Positions 27,377 to 35,897 of a DNA stretch of 64,000 nucleotides are shown one piece after another; within the stretch, counting starts at the first letter, position 1; each line of letters starts with the position of its first letter. The notes below the pieces were generated by a model. The model made no database searches, was not told the DNA's origin, and saw only the letters and a list, made by a program, of their open reading frames with translations. The DNA is taken from the IMG/VR virus record IMGVR_UViG_3300027899_000008; one strand, 5' to 3'. The translations under genes were made by a program, and so were the position numbers. Origin of the DNA: a virus.

Positions 27377-27883
27377 ATGCATAATAGACAAACACCAACA
27401 GAATATCCAAGCGTATTTCACCCATTCGATGCAGAAGCTGTACAGGGTAAGGATAGAATGAATCCTTTAACTGGAGAAGGGTTACATCGAATTAATTCCT
27501 TCATACACAATCACTTAGCACAAGATACATTGAATCCACATGCTAGTATCGCAACATTACGAGTTAAGATGAATCATCTCAATCTTGATTTTCCTTTGAA
27601 TAATCAAACTCCAATCGAACCAACAAACACATTTGAAGTTTCGCATGGAGATGTATTTGGAGCAAAAACAGATACCGATCTCTTCAAGGGATTTGATCGT
27701 GGACAGGATCTTCCACGATATAACTTAAATATCAATGTTGCCAAAACAGAAGAAGGATTCCGAGTAGACGGCAACCTCAGTCCAAAGGACATGGCGATGT
27801 CAGAAGCGGTTGAGCATAAGTTTAAATCAAATAAAAGAGTAGAGAAGATAAAGAATATGATTAAAAACAAAAAGAATAAGTAA
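27377..27883 (+). CDS. Hypothetical protein
   Basis: ORF track; SD AAGGA. Confidence 0.6.
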   Translation: MHNRQTPTEYPSVFHPFDAEAVQGKDRMNPLTGEGLHRINSFIHNHLAQDTLNPHASIATLRVKMNHLNLDFPLNNQTPIEPTNTFEVSHGDVFGAKTDTDLFKGFDRGQDLPRYNLNINVAKTEEGFRVDGNLSPKDMAMSEAVEHKFKSNKRVEKIKNMIKNKKNK

Positions 27884-28254
27884 TGCAAAAATTGGATAGT
27901 GATAATTTTATATTGTATGCAATGAAGATGTATAGTGGTCCTTCTACAGGACTAGATGAATTCTATGAGGATTTAAATAGAATCAAATACATCAAAAGAT
28001 TGCTAATCAAATATAAAAAGAATAACGATCTGAAGGAAAGACTTATTCTTAATCACATCATAATTCTACAGAATGTACTTGGAGCAGAAGGTGCTACCAG
28101 AATTCTATTCTTCAAATTACATAAAGATTTGCATTCATATTTAAAGTCTTTTCTAGAATACTTGAATTATCTTCCAAGATATATTCCAGAAGTTGATGTA
28201 TATGTAATAAACACCGACCATCGTATAGACAAAATACTGAGAGACTTAAAATGA
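27883..28254 (+). CDS. Conserved T4-like phage protein
   Basis: NFILYAMKMY...EFYEDLNRIKYIKRL...LKERLILNHII, typical of cyano/pelagi-myoviruses. Confidence 0.75.
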   Translation: MQKLDSDNFILYAMKMYSGPSTGLDEFYEDLNRIKYIKRLLIKYKKNNDLKERLILNHIIILQNVLGAEGATRILFFKLHKDLHSYLKSFLEYLNYLPRYIPEVDVYVINTDHRIDKILRDLK

Positions 28255-29570
28255 TTCATATAATAGAACTAATAAGAAAAATTAATTTACATGAAGCAGC
28301 AGAAGGTTCAGAAGTCATCTCACATCTTCCCCATGTGGGAGAGACATTATATACAGGTGAAGGGGACTCTGGCATAGCACATCTATCTCAAGCGTTGAAG
28401 GTAATTCAAGGAAAACCTGTTGAAGGAACTCTTTCGCAAAAGGTGGATGGAAAGGTTTCCATTCTATTTGGTAAGGAGAATGGGAATGCCTATGTTCAAT
28501 ACAAGGGTAGTGGAGCTAAAAAACTATTTAGTGAAGATGAAATTCATCAACACATTACCGATACTGGCAAGCATTATCTTCGAGATTCATTCTTAGCTGG
28601 ATTTGAAGCAGCGCAACATTCTAAAATCGGAAAGAATCACACATATCAAGCTGACGCATTAGTTCACCATGACGACACTTCTGTGAAGGGAAATATACTT
28701 CACTACAATAAACCATCTCCAAGTGTAAAGGCTACACTTGCAGTACATTCACTATTAAATACAAAGACTCAGAAGAAACTAAAATCAATTCCAAATGTTG
28801 ATTTCTTGAATTCTGATACTCTTCATGTTCCTAATCTTTCAATGATTTCTAAAGAACACAATCCATCTTTAGAAGATGTAGAGGCAATTAAAAATCATAT
28901 TGCTTCTGCAAAGACCATTCACAAAGATAAAGATGTCGCAAGACTTTCAAAACAAATTTCTCAACATCGTGATGAGAAGAATCCAGATGGAAATGTTGGA
29001 CACAGACATCAGCACTTTGTTAGTTTCTCCAACAAGGTTCAAGCAGGAAGATTCAATAGAACATCAGATGATATGTTATCTTGGACAAAATCACAAATTG
29101 ATAATTCAAAGGGACTCGCAAAAACTAGATTAGAAGGTCATCATGCCTTTATTCAAGAACACAAAGAGGCAATTGATAAGTTATTTCAAATGCACAACCA
29201 TGTAGATGCTGCGAGAACTCATGTAATCAATGCGTTGAATTCCTCAAATCCAGAACTAGAACCAATAGATCCAGATACAGGCAAAGTCAATCACAACTAT
29301 AGTGAAGGATTTGTATCACATATCGAAGGACACGGAATGGTCAAGTTTGTTCCTACCGAATTCACCAGAAGAAATAATGAGAACAAAGATAGATTCAAAC
29401 AAGTCAAGGAAGAGATGGCAGTTGGTACTGGTGCAGGTCTTGCAGGACTTGGAGGACCAGAGGATGTAGCAGTTTCAGTTGCAGCGCAAAAGAAATACAC
29501 GAAAAAGGGTCCGATGAGAAGAAGGAAAATGGTAGAACAATTCCTAGATTTTAATAATCTCATGAAATAA
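28251..29570 (+). CDS. Conserved T4-like protein with a ligase/nucleotidyltransferase-like motif (DUF6267-like)
   Basis: HLPHVGE, KVDG (KxDG motif I), EGFV...VKFV. Confidence 0.65.
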   Translation: MIHIIELIRKINLHEAAEGSEVISHLPHVGETLYTGEGDSGIAHLSQALKVIQGKPVEGTLSQKVDGKVSILFGKENGNAYVQYKGSGAKKLFSEDEIHQHITDTGKHYLRDSFLAGFEAAQHSKIGKNHTYQADALVHHDDTSVKGNILHYNKPSPSVKATLAVHSLLNTKTQKKLKSIPNVDFLNSDTLHVPNLSMISKEHNPSLEDVEAIKNHIASAKTIHKDKDVARLSKQISQHRDEKNPDGNVGHRHQHFVSFSNKVQAGRFNRTSDDMLSWTKSQIDNSKGLAKTRLEGHHAFIQEHKEAIDKLFQMHNHVDAARTHVINALNSSNPELEPIDPDTGKVNHNYSEGFVSHIEGHGMVKFVPTEFTRRNNENKDRFKQVKEEMAVGTGAGLAGLGGPEDVAVSVAAQKKYTKKGPMRRRKMVEQFLDFNNLMK

Positions 29571-30098
29571 CTGCTTACAGATATAATAAGAATCAACTAT
29601 ATCAGTTACAGGACTCCCAACATTAGTTTTGTTGGGAGTTATCATTGTATGAAGGTCTATTCCAGTTTCAACAAAAAATGAATTGACCATAGTTTGCTTA
29701 TCAGCATTTCCCTTACCTGTTGCGAGTTTCTTAATTCTCGTAGGTTCCATTATGTCCACGGGAATCGATGCCTGGTATAGTTTATATTTTAATATACCTG
29801 TGTTCTCTGCGATATTGAAGACTCTACCAGTGGCATTGTATGCGTATCCTTCCAATGCTATCTGAGAGCATCCTAGACAGACTCGCATGACCCAATCGGA
29901 GATTGACCCATATCGCTCGCAATCTCCATCGTATGCGTTAAATGTCTCTCCATGAATATTTCCATGGAAGGTAGTAGCGTATTTCTTTGTATCGGTTAGA
30001 TAATAAAATGAACAATTTCCAAAATTAAACTTGTTCTTTGTGTTAAACACACAAATACAAGGTCCATTCAAAGAATAATCAATTCCTGCGATTATCAT
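29544..30098 (-). CDS. RuvC-like nuclease/resolvase
   Basis: MIIAGIDYS, IALEGYA, IKKLATGKGNADK, DIVDSY. Confidence 0.85.
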   Translation of the reverse strand: MIIAGIDYSLNGPCICVFNTKNKFNFGNCSFYYLTDTKKYATTFHGNIHGETFNAYDGDCERYGSISDWVMRVCLGCSQIALEGYAYNATGRVFNIAENTGILKYKLYQASIPVDIMEPTRIKKLATGKGNADKQTMVNSFFVETGIDLHTMITPNKTNVGSPVTDIVDSYYICKQLFHEIIKI

Positions 30099-30126
30099 AT
30101 ATAAGTATATATTGGAGATACAAATA

Positions 30127-30261
30127 ATGGATAGAAAACAACTAGATAGTTTCAAGGACGCAGTCAAGCAGATAACGATTTCCCCACCAAAGAAACCAGA
30201 ACCACCTAAGCAAGAGAATTCACCACCACCCACACCACCCAATAAACCAAAGGGTAAATGA
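30127..30261 (+). CDS. Small Pro/Lys-rich protein not in the ORF track
   Basis: MDRKQLDSFKDAVKQITISPPKKPEPPKQENSPPPTPPNKPKGK*; SD GGAG; followed by a terminator. Confidence 0.55.
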   Translation: MDRKQLDSFKDAVKQITISPPKKPEPPKQENSPPPTPPNKPKGK

Positions 30262-30285
30262 AAAAGGGGTCTTACGACCCCTTTT
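30261..30285. terminator. Bidirectional terminator
   Basis: AAAAGGGGTC-TTAC-GACCCCTTTT. Confidence 0.8.
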
Positions 30286-30296
30286 CTGTTTCCCTC

Positions 30297-31490
30297 TCAC
30301 GAATCAAACGGATGTTTCTCGTCAAAGTGTTTATCCGCAAAGTTCATCTTAAATTGTTCTAATCTCTTTACTGGTATCTTCAATCCAGAAACCAAAGTAT
30401 ACAGACGAAGAGTTGGTTTATCATCTTCGTAGATTCCTCTATGGAAAGTAGCATTTGGAACTAACGAAGATAGAGTATCAAATCCATAGGATAGACTATC
30501 CATCAGTCCTGCTGTATTCTCCATCAGACTCTTACCACCAACTGCGCAACATGCTGCGAAAGTCCCATTCGATATATCAATCTCTGCCAATAAAGTCTTA
30601 TCTATATTACTCTTGATTGACTTTGATATCTCAGTTTCATTTGCTGCTTTGGTTGCTGTCTTGGTGTCGTTGATATTCATCTTAGACACACCCATGACCA
30701 TTACACCACCGCATCTGAGAGTAGTGGCATAATCAGTTGGGTCGAATGAGGTATACTGCGATGGGTGTTTTGACAACACATTGAATATATGAAACAAACC
30801 AGATATGGTGCTATTGATTGTATTCCAGAATTCCTTCACGGTAAGATTGCTATACATCTTTTCGATTCTAGCGTTGTCTAGAATAACCAATGGAGATATT
30901 TCCTTCTTCTCCGCTTGTCCACCCACTTGCTTAAGGACTCTATAAGCGTTGTAGGAGACTTTGGGAGATGCTGCCTCTCCACGGGTGGGTAGGGACATTA
31001 CAACCCCTACACGCTCCTCTGGCTTGTCGTGGCCTATGAATTTCATATATTTCTTGGCAATATCAATCAATACCAACGATGAACCACTTCCACTACCACC
31101 GCCAGCACCAATACAAACCATAATATGGTCCACTTTAGTGCCATATACCTTTCGCATAAGGTCAAAAATTTCTTGCTTATACTTAAGTGTGGCATTTGCT
31201 CCCCGCTCCATATCTTTTCCAGCACCTTCTTCTCCGATGTCTAAAAGAAGTTTTTGAGTATCAGGAATATCAAGTAGTGTTAAATCTTGCTTTGATGTGT
31301 TAACAACAAGGCATTTCTTATACCCACGATCATAGAATGCTTTTGCGATTCTTCCACCACCCTGACCAGAACCAATCCATGCGAATACATGGGAACCACC
31401 GCTTTCATCCTTTACATCTTCGAATGTAGCGTCTGGTTCCTTGTAATCCTCAAGCTCCAAGTCTGGTATTTCTAAATCTGGTATATCCAT
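30297..31490 (-). CDS. Tubulin/FtsZ-superfamily GTPase (TubZ/CetZ-like)
   Basis: GSGQGGGRIA (T1), GAGKD (T3), GAGGGSGSG (tubulin signature), LDN, SFDPTDY (T7-like). Confidence 0.92.
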   Translation of the reverse strand: MDIPDLEIPDLELEDYKEPDATFEDVKDESGGSHVFAWIGSGQGGGRIAKAFYDRGYKKCLVVNTSKQDLTLLDIPDTQKLLLDIGEEGAGKDMERGANATLKYKQEIFDLMRKVYGTKVDHIMVCIGAGGGSGSGSSLVLIDIAKKYMKFIGHDKPEERVGVVMSLPTRGEAASPKVSYNAYRVLKQVGGQAEKKEISPLVILDNARIEKMYSNLTVKEFWNTINSTISGLFHIFNVLSKHPSQYTSFDPTDYATTLRCGGVMVMGVSKMNINDTKTATKAANETEISKSIKSNIDKTLLAEIDISNGTFAACCAVGGKSLMENTAGLMDSLSYGFDTLSSLVPNATFHRGIYEDDKPTLRLYTLVSGLKIPVKRLEQFKMNFADKHFDEKHPFDS

Positions 31491-31491
31491 T

Positions 31492-32235
31492 TTAACTCCA
31501 ATTATTTACTAATAATGCTAAGTCCTGCGAATTAACTATTCCATCGTTATTGATGTCATGTGGATTAGGTTTAAAGCTAGCAGCTCCCCAGTCTGCTAGA
31601 AGTTCACCCATATCCTGTGCATTTACCAATCCATCATTATTGAAATCACCTTGTAGGGCAAGTCCAACAATAGTATTGGTTAAAGACCCAGTAACGACAT
31701 TTCCGCCAACGCAGCAACCATATACAACACAGGAAGCTGGATATTGTGGATTCAGGGGCAGATTGTCGTATAGAACGACATCGGATCGACCTAATCCAAC
31801 TACTTTAAATATAAACTTACACATCTGCGCTGGTTCGGTGGTTACAATCCATTCATACCCAAGAACTCCATAGCAGTAAAACATTCCATTGCCGTCTTGG
31901 GGCGGAACGACTTCATTGCACCAAGTATAGTCGTTTGCAGGAAAGGTGGAATACCCTTGCATGACTCCCACATGGGAACCAACCAACGATACTCCAAGTA
32001 GTTGAAGTCTCGTAGGATCCCATCCAAAGGGAACATCGGCGACCACGAACCTCTGTGGGTTATTCTCCGCTGATACCATGAGTTGCACCTCGATGATATC
32101 GTCTATGGCTGTAGCTTGTTGTGGTGCTACCAGCGTAAGATTCAATTTAGCAGTTGGATCGTTTTGAGCAGATGCCATGCTAACCATGCATACCAAGAAG
32201 ATAAAGAATGATTTAATGTAGTGTTGTAGCTTCAT
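31492..32235 (-). CDS. Secreted protein with cohesin-like beta domain and C-terminal dockerin type I
   Basis: Signal peptide ending ASA|Q; GDFNNDGLVNAQD...LLADWG and DINNDGIVNSQDLALLVNNW. Confidence 0.8.
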   Translation of the reverse strand: MKLQHYIKSFFIFLVCMVSMASAQNDPTAKLNLTLVAPQQATAIDDIIEVQLMVSAENNPQRFVVADVPFGWDPTRLQLLGVSLVGSHVGVMQGYSTFPANDYTWCNEVVPPQDGNGMFYCYGVLGYEWIVTTEPAQMCKFIFKVVGLGRSDVVLYDNLPLNPQYPASCVVYGCCVGGNVVTGSLTNTIVGLALQGDFNNDGLVNAQDMGELLADWGAASFKPNPHDINNDGIVNSQDLALLVNNWS

Positions 32236-32620
32236 ATAATTTCCTTTTTTCTGATAAGATAGAGAAATCTTTTACTTTTTTGTCGCCAAAATACGCCCAA
32301 GCATAACCAGAAGTAACTAACAAATCATTTAAGCAGATATCATCCTTTCCATAGATATCCGCCAACATCCTACCATATTTATCATCCTTTGATGTTTTTA
32401 TTCTCATAATATTCTGACTAGCACACCACATGGCAACAAATTCCTTTACTTCTATGCCTAATTTGTGTTCTAGGGCATCTTTGGAATTCGTTTCTGGAGT
32501 ATCTATTCTGTTTAGCCTTACTCTTTGTTTAGTGAACATACTAAACCCAAGGTCAAAGACTATATCAAGTGTATCTCCGTCTACAATTCTAGTTATTTCT
32601 TTTATGGTATATTCATACAT
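32213..32620 (-). CDS. Thermonuclease (SNase-like)
   Basis: RIVDGDT, RLNRIDTPE, DKYGRMLA. Confidence 0.9.
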   Translation of the reverse strand: MYEYTIKEITRIVDGDTLDIVFDLGFSMFTKQRVRLNRIDTPETNSKDALEHKLGIEVKEFVAMWCASQNIMRIKTSKDDKYGRMLADIYGKDDICLNDLLVTSGYAWAYFGDKKVKDFSILSEKRKLYEATTLH

Positions 32621-33699
32621 TAATGATGTCTTTCCGAACAAACAAGAGCTCTCCATTGGTCTAATGCCTTATCATTGCTTCTAGACAATAATATCTTATT
32701 TAATTTATTAAGTCCAAGTTTAGCAAATTTTCTAGAAATGTTCATAACTTTCATTGCATCGTCTGATGAATTGGAATCAACTTTACTCATTGGGTTTATA
32801 AATTTAATTTCATCGGAACCAACTATTGGTATATTCATATGAATGAAATCAGCAGCAACTATATTAAAGGTTTCGCTATATGATACCTGAAGACCCATGT
32901 CCATCTGACCTACGATATTAAGAAAATCAACATGGGAATACCAAGGATGTTCTACCAATCTTGCATTGATATTTGATGTGTTGAAAAGATTTCTTATATT
33001 ATTAAGAATACCCATCATGGAACCATTTTTACCATTTTGTGTTTCATGTGGACTAACATTGATATGAACTACGATTGGTCGATCAATGACTGATGCATAT
33101 TGTATAGCCCACAATACCTGTTGAAGATGATTCTTCAATGGTCGCAATGCTCCAAAGATACCAATATGAAATTCTTTTGCGTTCGTTCTATAATTTGGAA
33201 TCTCTATAGATGGAGTTAAATCTGGATTAGGATAATATAGATTTGGAGAATACGATACAAATTTTCCACCAAACATATGCTTTAGATTCTTATAAAACTC
33301 TTCGCTATTTGCGCTAAGATTTATCTTGATTCCTTGTTCTCTGAGTTTCATATATTCGGTCAACCATTCAATAGCAATTGATTCTGTTGCGATGAATGGA
33401 GATTTGGAATGTAAACGAATATGCCATTCCACTTTTGGATGTAATGCTGATAGTATCTTGAATTTCTCTGGAACTACCCACAGAGCTTCGATGTAGACAT
33501 CGGTTGGTTTGAATCTAGCAACTTCACGATCAATGTCATTATTATCAACAACCTCTACTACTTCTGTTTCTATATGTATTTCATTAAGTTTTCTAGCAAC
33601 AAAATCGCAAGAGTTATATAATCCATATGCCTTTGTTATTTGCCCATATGCGTATCTTTGCTTTATTATGAAAAGAATTCTCTTATGGTTTGATGACAT
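32620..33699 (-). CDS. Glycosyltransferase (GT-B, GT4-like)
   Basis: IGIFGALRPLKN and VSYSETFNIVAAD. Confidence 0.75.
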   Translation of the reverse strand: MSSNHKRILFIIKQRYAYGQITKAYGLYNSCDFVARKLNEIHIETEVVEVVDNNDIDREVARFKPTDVYIEALWVVPEKFKILSALHPKVEWHIRLHSKSPFIATESIAIEWLTEYMKLREQGIKINLSANSEEFYKNLKHMFGGKFVSYSPNLYYPNPDLTPSIEIPNYRTNAKEFHIGIFGALRPLKNHLQQVLWAIQYASVIDRPIVVHINVSPHETQNGKNGSMMGILNNIRNLFNTSNINARLVEHPWYSHVDFLNIVGQMDMGLQVSYSETFNIVAADFIHMNIPIVGSDEIKFINPMSKVDSNSSDDAMKVMNISRKFAKLGLNKLNKILLSRSNDKALDQWRALVCSERHH

Positions 33700-33732
33700 T
33701 TATATACCTTTTTAAGTTATATTAGTATGTAT

Positions 33733-33766
33733 AAAGAAACCCCCGAATGATGCCATTCGGGGGTTC
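33733..33766. terminator. Intrinsic terminator
   Basis: AACCCCCGAATG-ATGC-CATTCGGGGGTT. Confidence 0.75.
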
Positions 33767-33794
33767 GTGAAAAGGAAGACTGATTGTCTATGAT

Positions 33795-34592
33795 TTAGAA
33801 CTTAAATCCTAGACCAAATGTAATCACAGAATCAAGAGAATCAAACTGAAGGTCATCAACAACTGAGAATCCAACACCAGCATTGAGTGTTATATTTGAA
33901 GATGCTTCATATTGAATAGATGGACCAACAAGAATCGATTTCTGACCATCAGACCAATATGAATTCACATTTGCACTGACAGAGAAATCAGTTGACGCAT
34001 TGTATTTGATTGCGGTGTTGCCCTCAAAGACATTTGAATCAACAAATCCACCAAGATATGGCATATAGGTGTAATTATCAACAAGATAATACTTTACAGA
34101 TTGAGAAATATCAACCTTGTCCTTGGTGACACCAAAAGATGCACCTCCGAAATACGCAAACTCATCAGACGAATATTCACCACTCAATGGAACCTTGATA
34201 CCACCGATGAAATCAACGGAAATATCATTGAAGATGGTCAGTGCATTCTTATAGGTCAATGCAACATCTACATCTCCAATGCCTGTGCCAGTGGTTCCGA
34301 ATGTTCCATTATTTAATTGCCAAGCTGTTTCTTGTGCTACACTTGGATTGTTGGTTGCATTATATAGAGGAAGAGAAACAGAGGCATCCAACTTGTCTAG
34401 AAGGTTAAAATCTAGAATGGTGGTAACTTCAGTAATGGTGTCATTGGTAAGACTGAAGATTGATGCTTGCTCTGTAAAATTTACCTTAAATTCTTTCTCT
34501 GCAACTGCGGGAACTGGTTCCTGAGCAAATCCAACTGCGTTTACGAAAAGTGCTACGAATACTACTGCTAGTGTCTTGAAAATATTTTTCAT
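33795..34592 (-). CDS. Outer-membrane beta-barrel protein
   Basis: Signal peptide ending GFA|Q; GIGDVDV motif; amphipathic strands; C-terminal BAM signal TFGLGFKF. Confidence 0.8.
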   Translation of the reverse strand: MKNIFKTLAVVFVALFVNAVGFAQEPVPAVAEKEFKVNFTEQASIFSLTNDTITEVTTILDFNLLDKLDASVSLPLYNATNNPSVAQETAWQLNNGTFGTTGTGIGDVDVALTYKNALTIFNDISVDFIGGIKVPLSGEYSSDEFAYFGGASFGVTKDKVDISQSVKYYLVDNYTYMPYLGGFVDSNVFEGNTAIKYNASTDFSVSANVNSYWSDGQKSILVGPSIQYEASSNITLNAGVGFSVVDDLQFDSLDSVITFGLGFKF

Positions 34593-34603
34593 ATATACTC
34601 CTT

Positions 34604-35281
34604 TTAATTTGATATTAAATCTACTACTTCACACCCATTTGCGCTACAAGCGAATTGTTGGGTTCCTGTCGTCTTATCTTCCTTTTCATATTGGGACAAC
34701 ATCGCCCAATTTATATTCTTGGGCATCTTCTCCAATGCCTCAAGATATTGTTCTTTAGTGCAATCTTGATATGGTGCTTGCCGATACGAGTGGTCACTAT
34801 GAGGAAGAAATGAGATACCACTGATTTCGTCAAAATGGGTATATACCCAAGCACCTACCTCCATCCACTCATGTTCCTTGATGGTGATTGTGATTGATGG
34901 TTTATGCTCACACCAATATCGTTGATATGCTAACCACAACTCCAACTGAGCAATTGCCGATACATCATTACGAGTAATAGAACCTTCGGCCTTATGAGGA
35001 AACGAGAATACCATTGTATGTTCTGGCTTCATCACACAAGGTTCTGATGGGAATCCCATATCAATCATCATCTGACATAGTGGATCTTTGCGATCTGCAC
35101 GAATGGTTCGAATATAATATTCGTTATGGCGTGGATGAATTCCTGATGCGGAATCAGTTAATTGTGAAACCGTGTTGTGTGAAATCCAACCATTGGATAG
35201 TTGATATGAATGGGTTCCTTCCACTTCAATATCAACCATAAATTCGGGGGATAGTTGTTTAATTGATTTTATTTTTGTCAT
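34604..35281 (-). CDS. nrdJ: Split-intein C-half (36 aa) fused to the C-terminal part of class II ribonucleotide reductase
   Basis: MTKIKSIKQL...VDIEVEGTHSY...ISHN|TVSQLTDSASGIHPR; CEHKPSIT, SGISFLP, C-terminal CSANGC. Confidence 0.92.
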   Translation of the reverse strand: MTKIKSIKQLSPEFMVDIEVEGTHSYQLSNGWISHNTVSQLTDSASGIHPRHNEYYIRTIRADRKDPLCQMMIDMGFPSEPCVMKPEHTMVFSFPHKAEGSITRNDVSAIAQLELWLAYQRYWCEHKPSITITIKEHEWMEVGAWVYTHFDEISGISFLPHSDHSYRQAPYQDCTKEQYLEALEKMPKNINWAMLSQYEKEDKTTGTQQFACSANGCEVVDLISN

Positions 35282-35897
35282 GTTTACACCTTTCATTGTG
35301 ATATCTTCCTATTGCTCTGGCATTCATTGTTTTTCCACAAATAGAACAAGTAGTTTTTAGTTCTGTTCTGCCTATTCTATAGTTTTTATTTTCTTCAATG
35401 AAATGTTCTATGCTTTTTATTTGTTGTTGTTGTTTTGTATATTTGATATTATCAATATCATTGGTTAACCAAACAAATCCTTTATTTTTTACACCACCTC
35501 GTTTGCCAAATTCAGATTGCCATTTGGATTGGGTGAATGCTCCTCGTTTTCCCCCAAGGGAGGCAAGCTTCAATCTCTCTTCTGGTGTCTGAGAATGAAT
35601 TCCAATTTTATTTTCATATTGACTTTTTCCTCCCGCTTTACCACCTAATTTACATTTTTCTATTCTTAGTTGAGAAGATGTGATTCCAATTTTACTTGCC
35701 ATCAAATCTCTAACATCACCATTTTTTAAATATCTTTCGTGATGTATTCTTTTGTGATCTTCAAATGAAAGTGCTATTAGATTTAAAATATCATCAGTTC
35801 CCCCCTCATATATGGGGATTATATGATGTATTTCATATCCCTTTGGTATTGACCCTTTATTATCTTTATAAAATTGTCTTATCTTCTTCCGATTCAT
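35259..35897 (-). CDS. Free-standing HNH homing endonuclease
   Basis: EIHHIIP...GGTDDILNL...HKRIH; C-terminal CSICGK...YHNERCK. Confidence 0.9.
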   Translation of the reverse strand: MNRKKIRQFYKDNKGSIPKGYEIHHIIPIYEGGTDDILNLIALSFEDHKRIHHERYLKNGDVRDLMASKIGITSSQLRIEKCKLGGKAGGKSQYENKIGIHSQTPEERLKLASLGGKRGAFTQSKWQSEFGKRGGVKNKGFVWLTNDIDNIKYTKQQQQIKSIEHFIEENKNYRIGRTELKTTCSICGKTMNARAIGRYHNERCKHDKNKIN

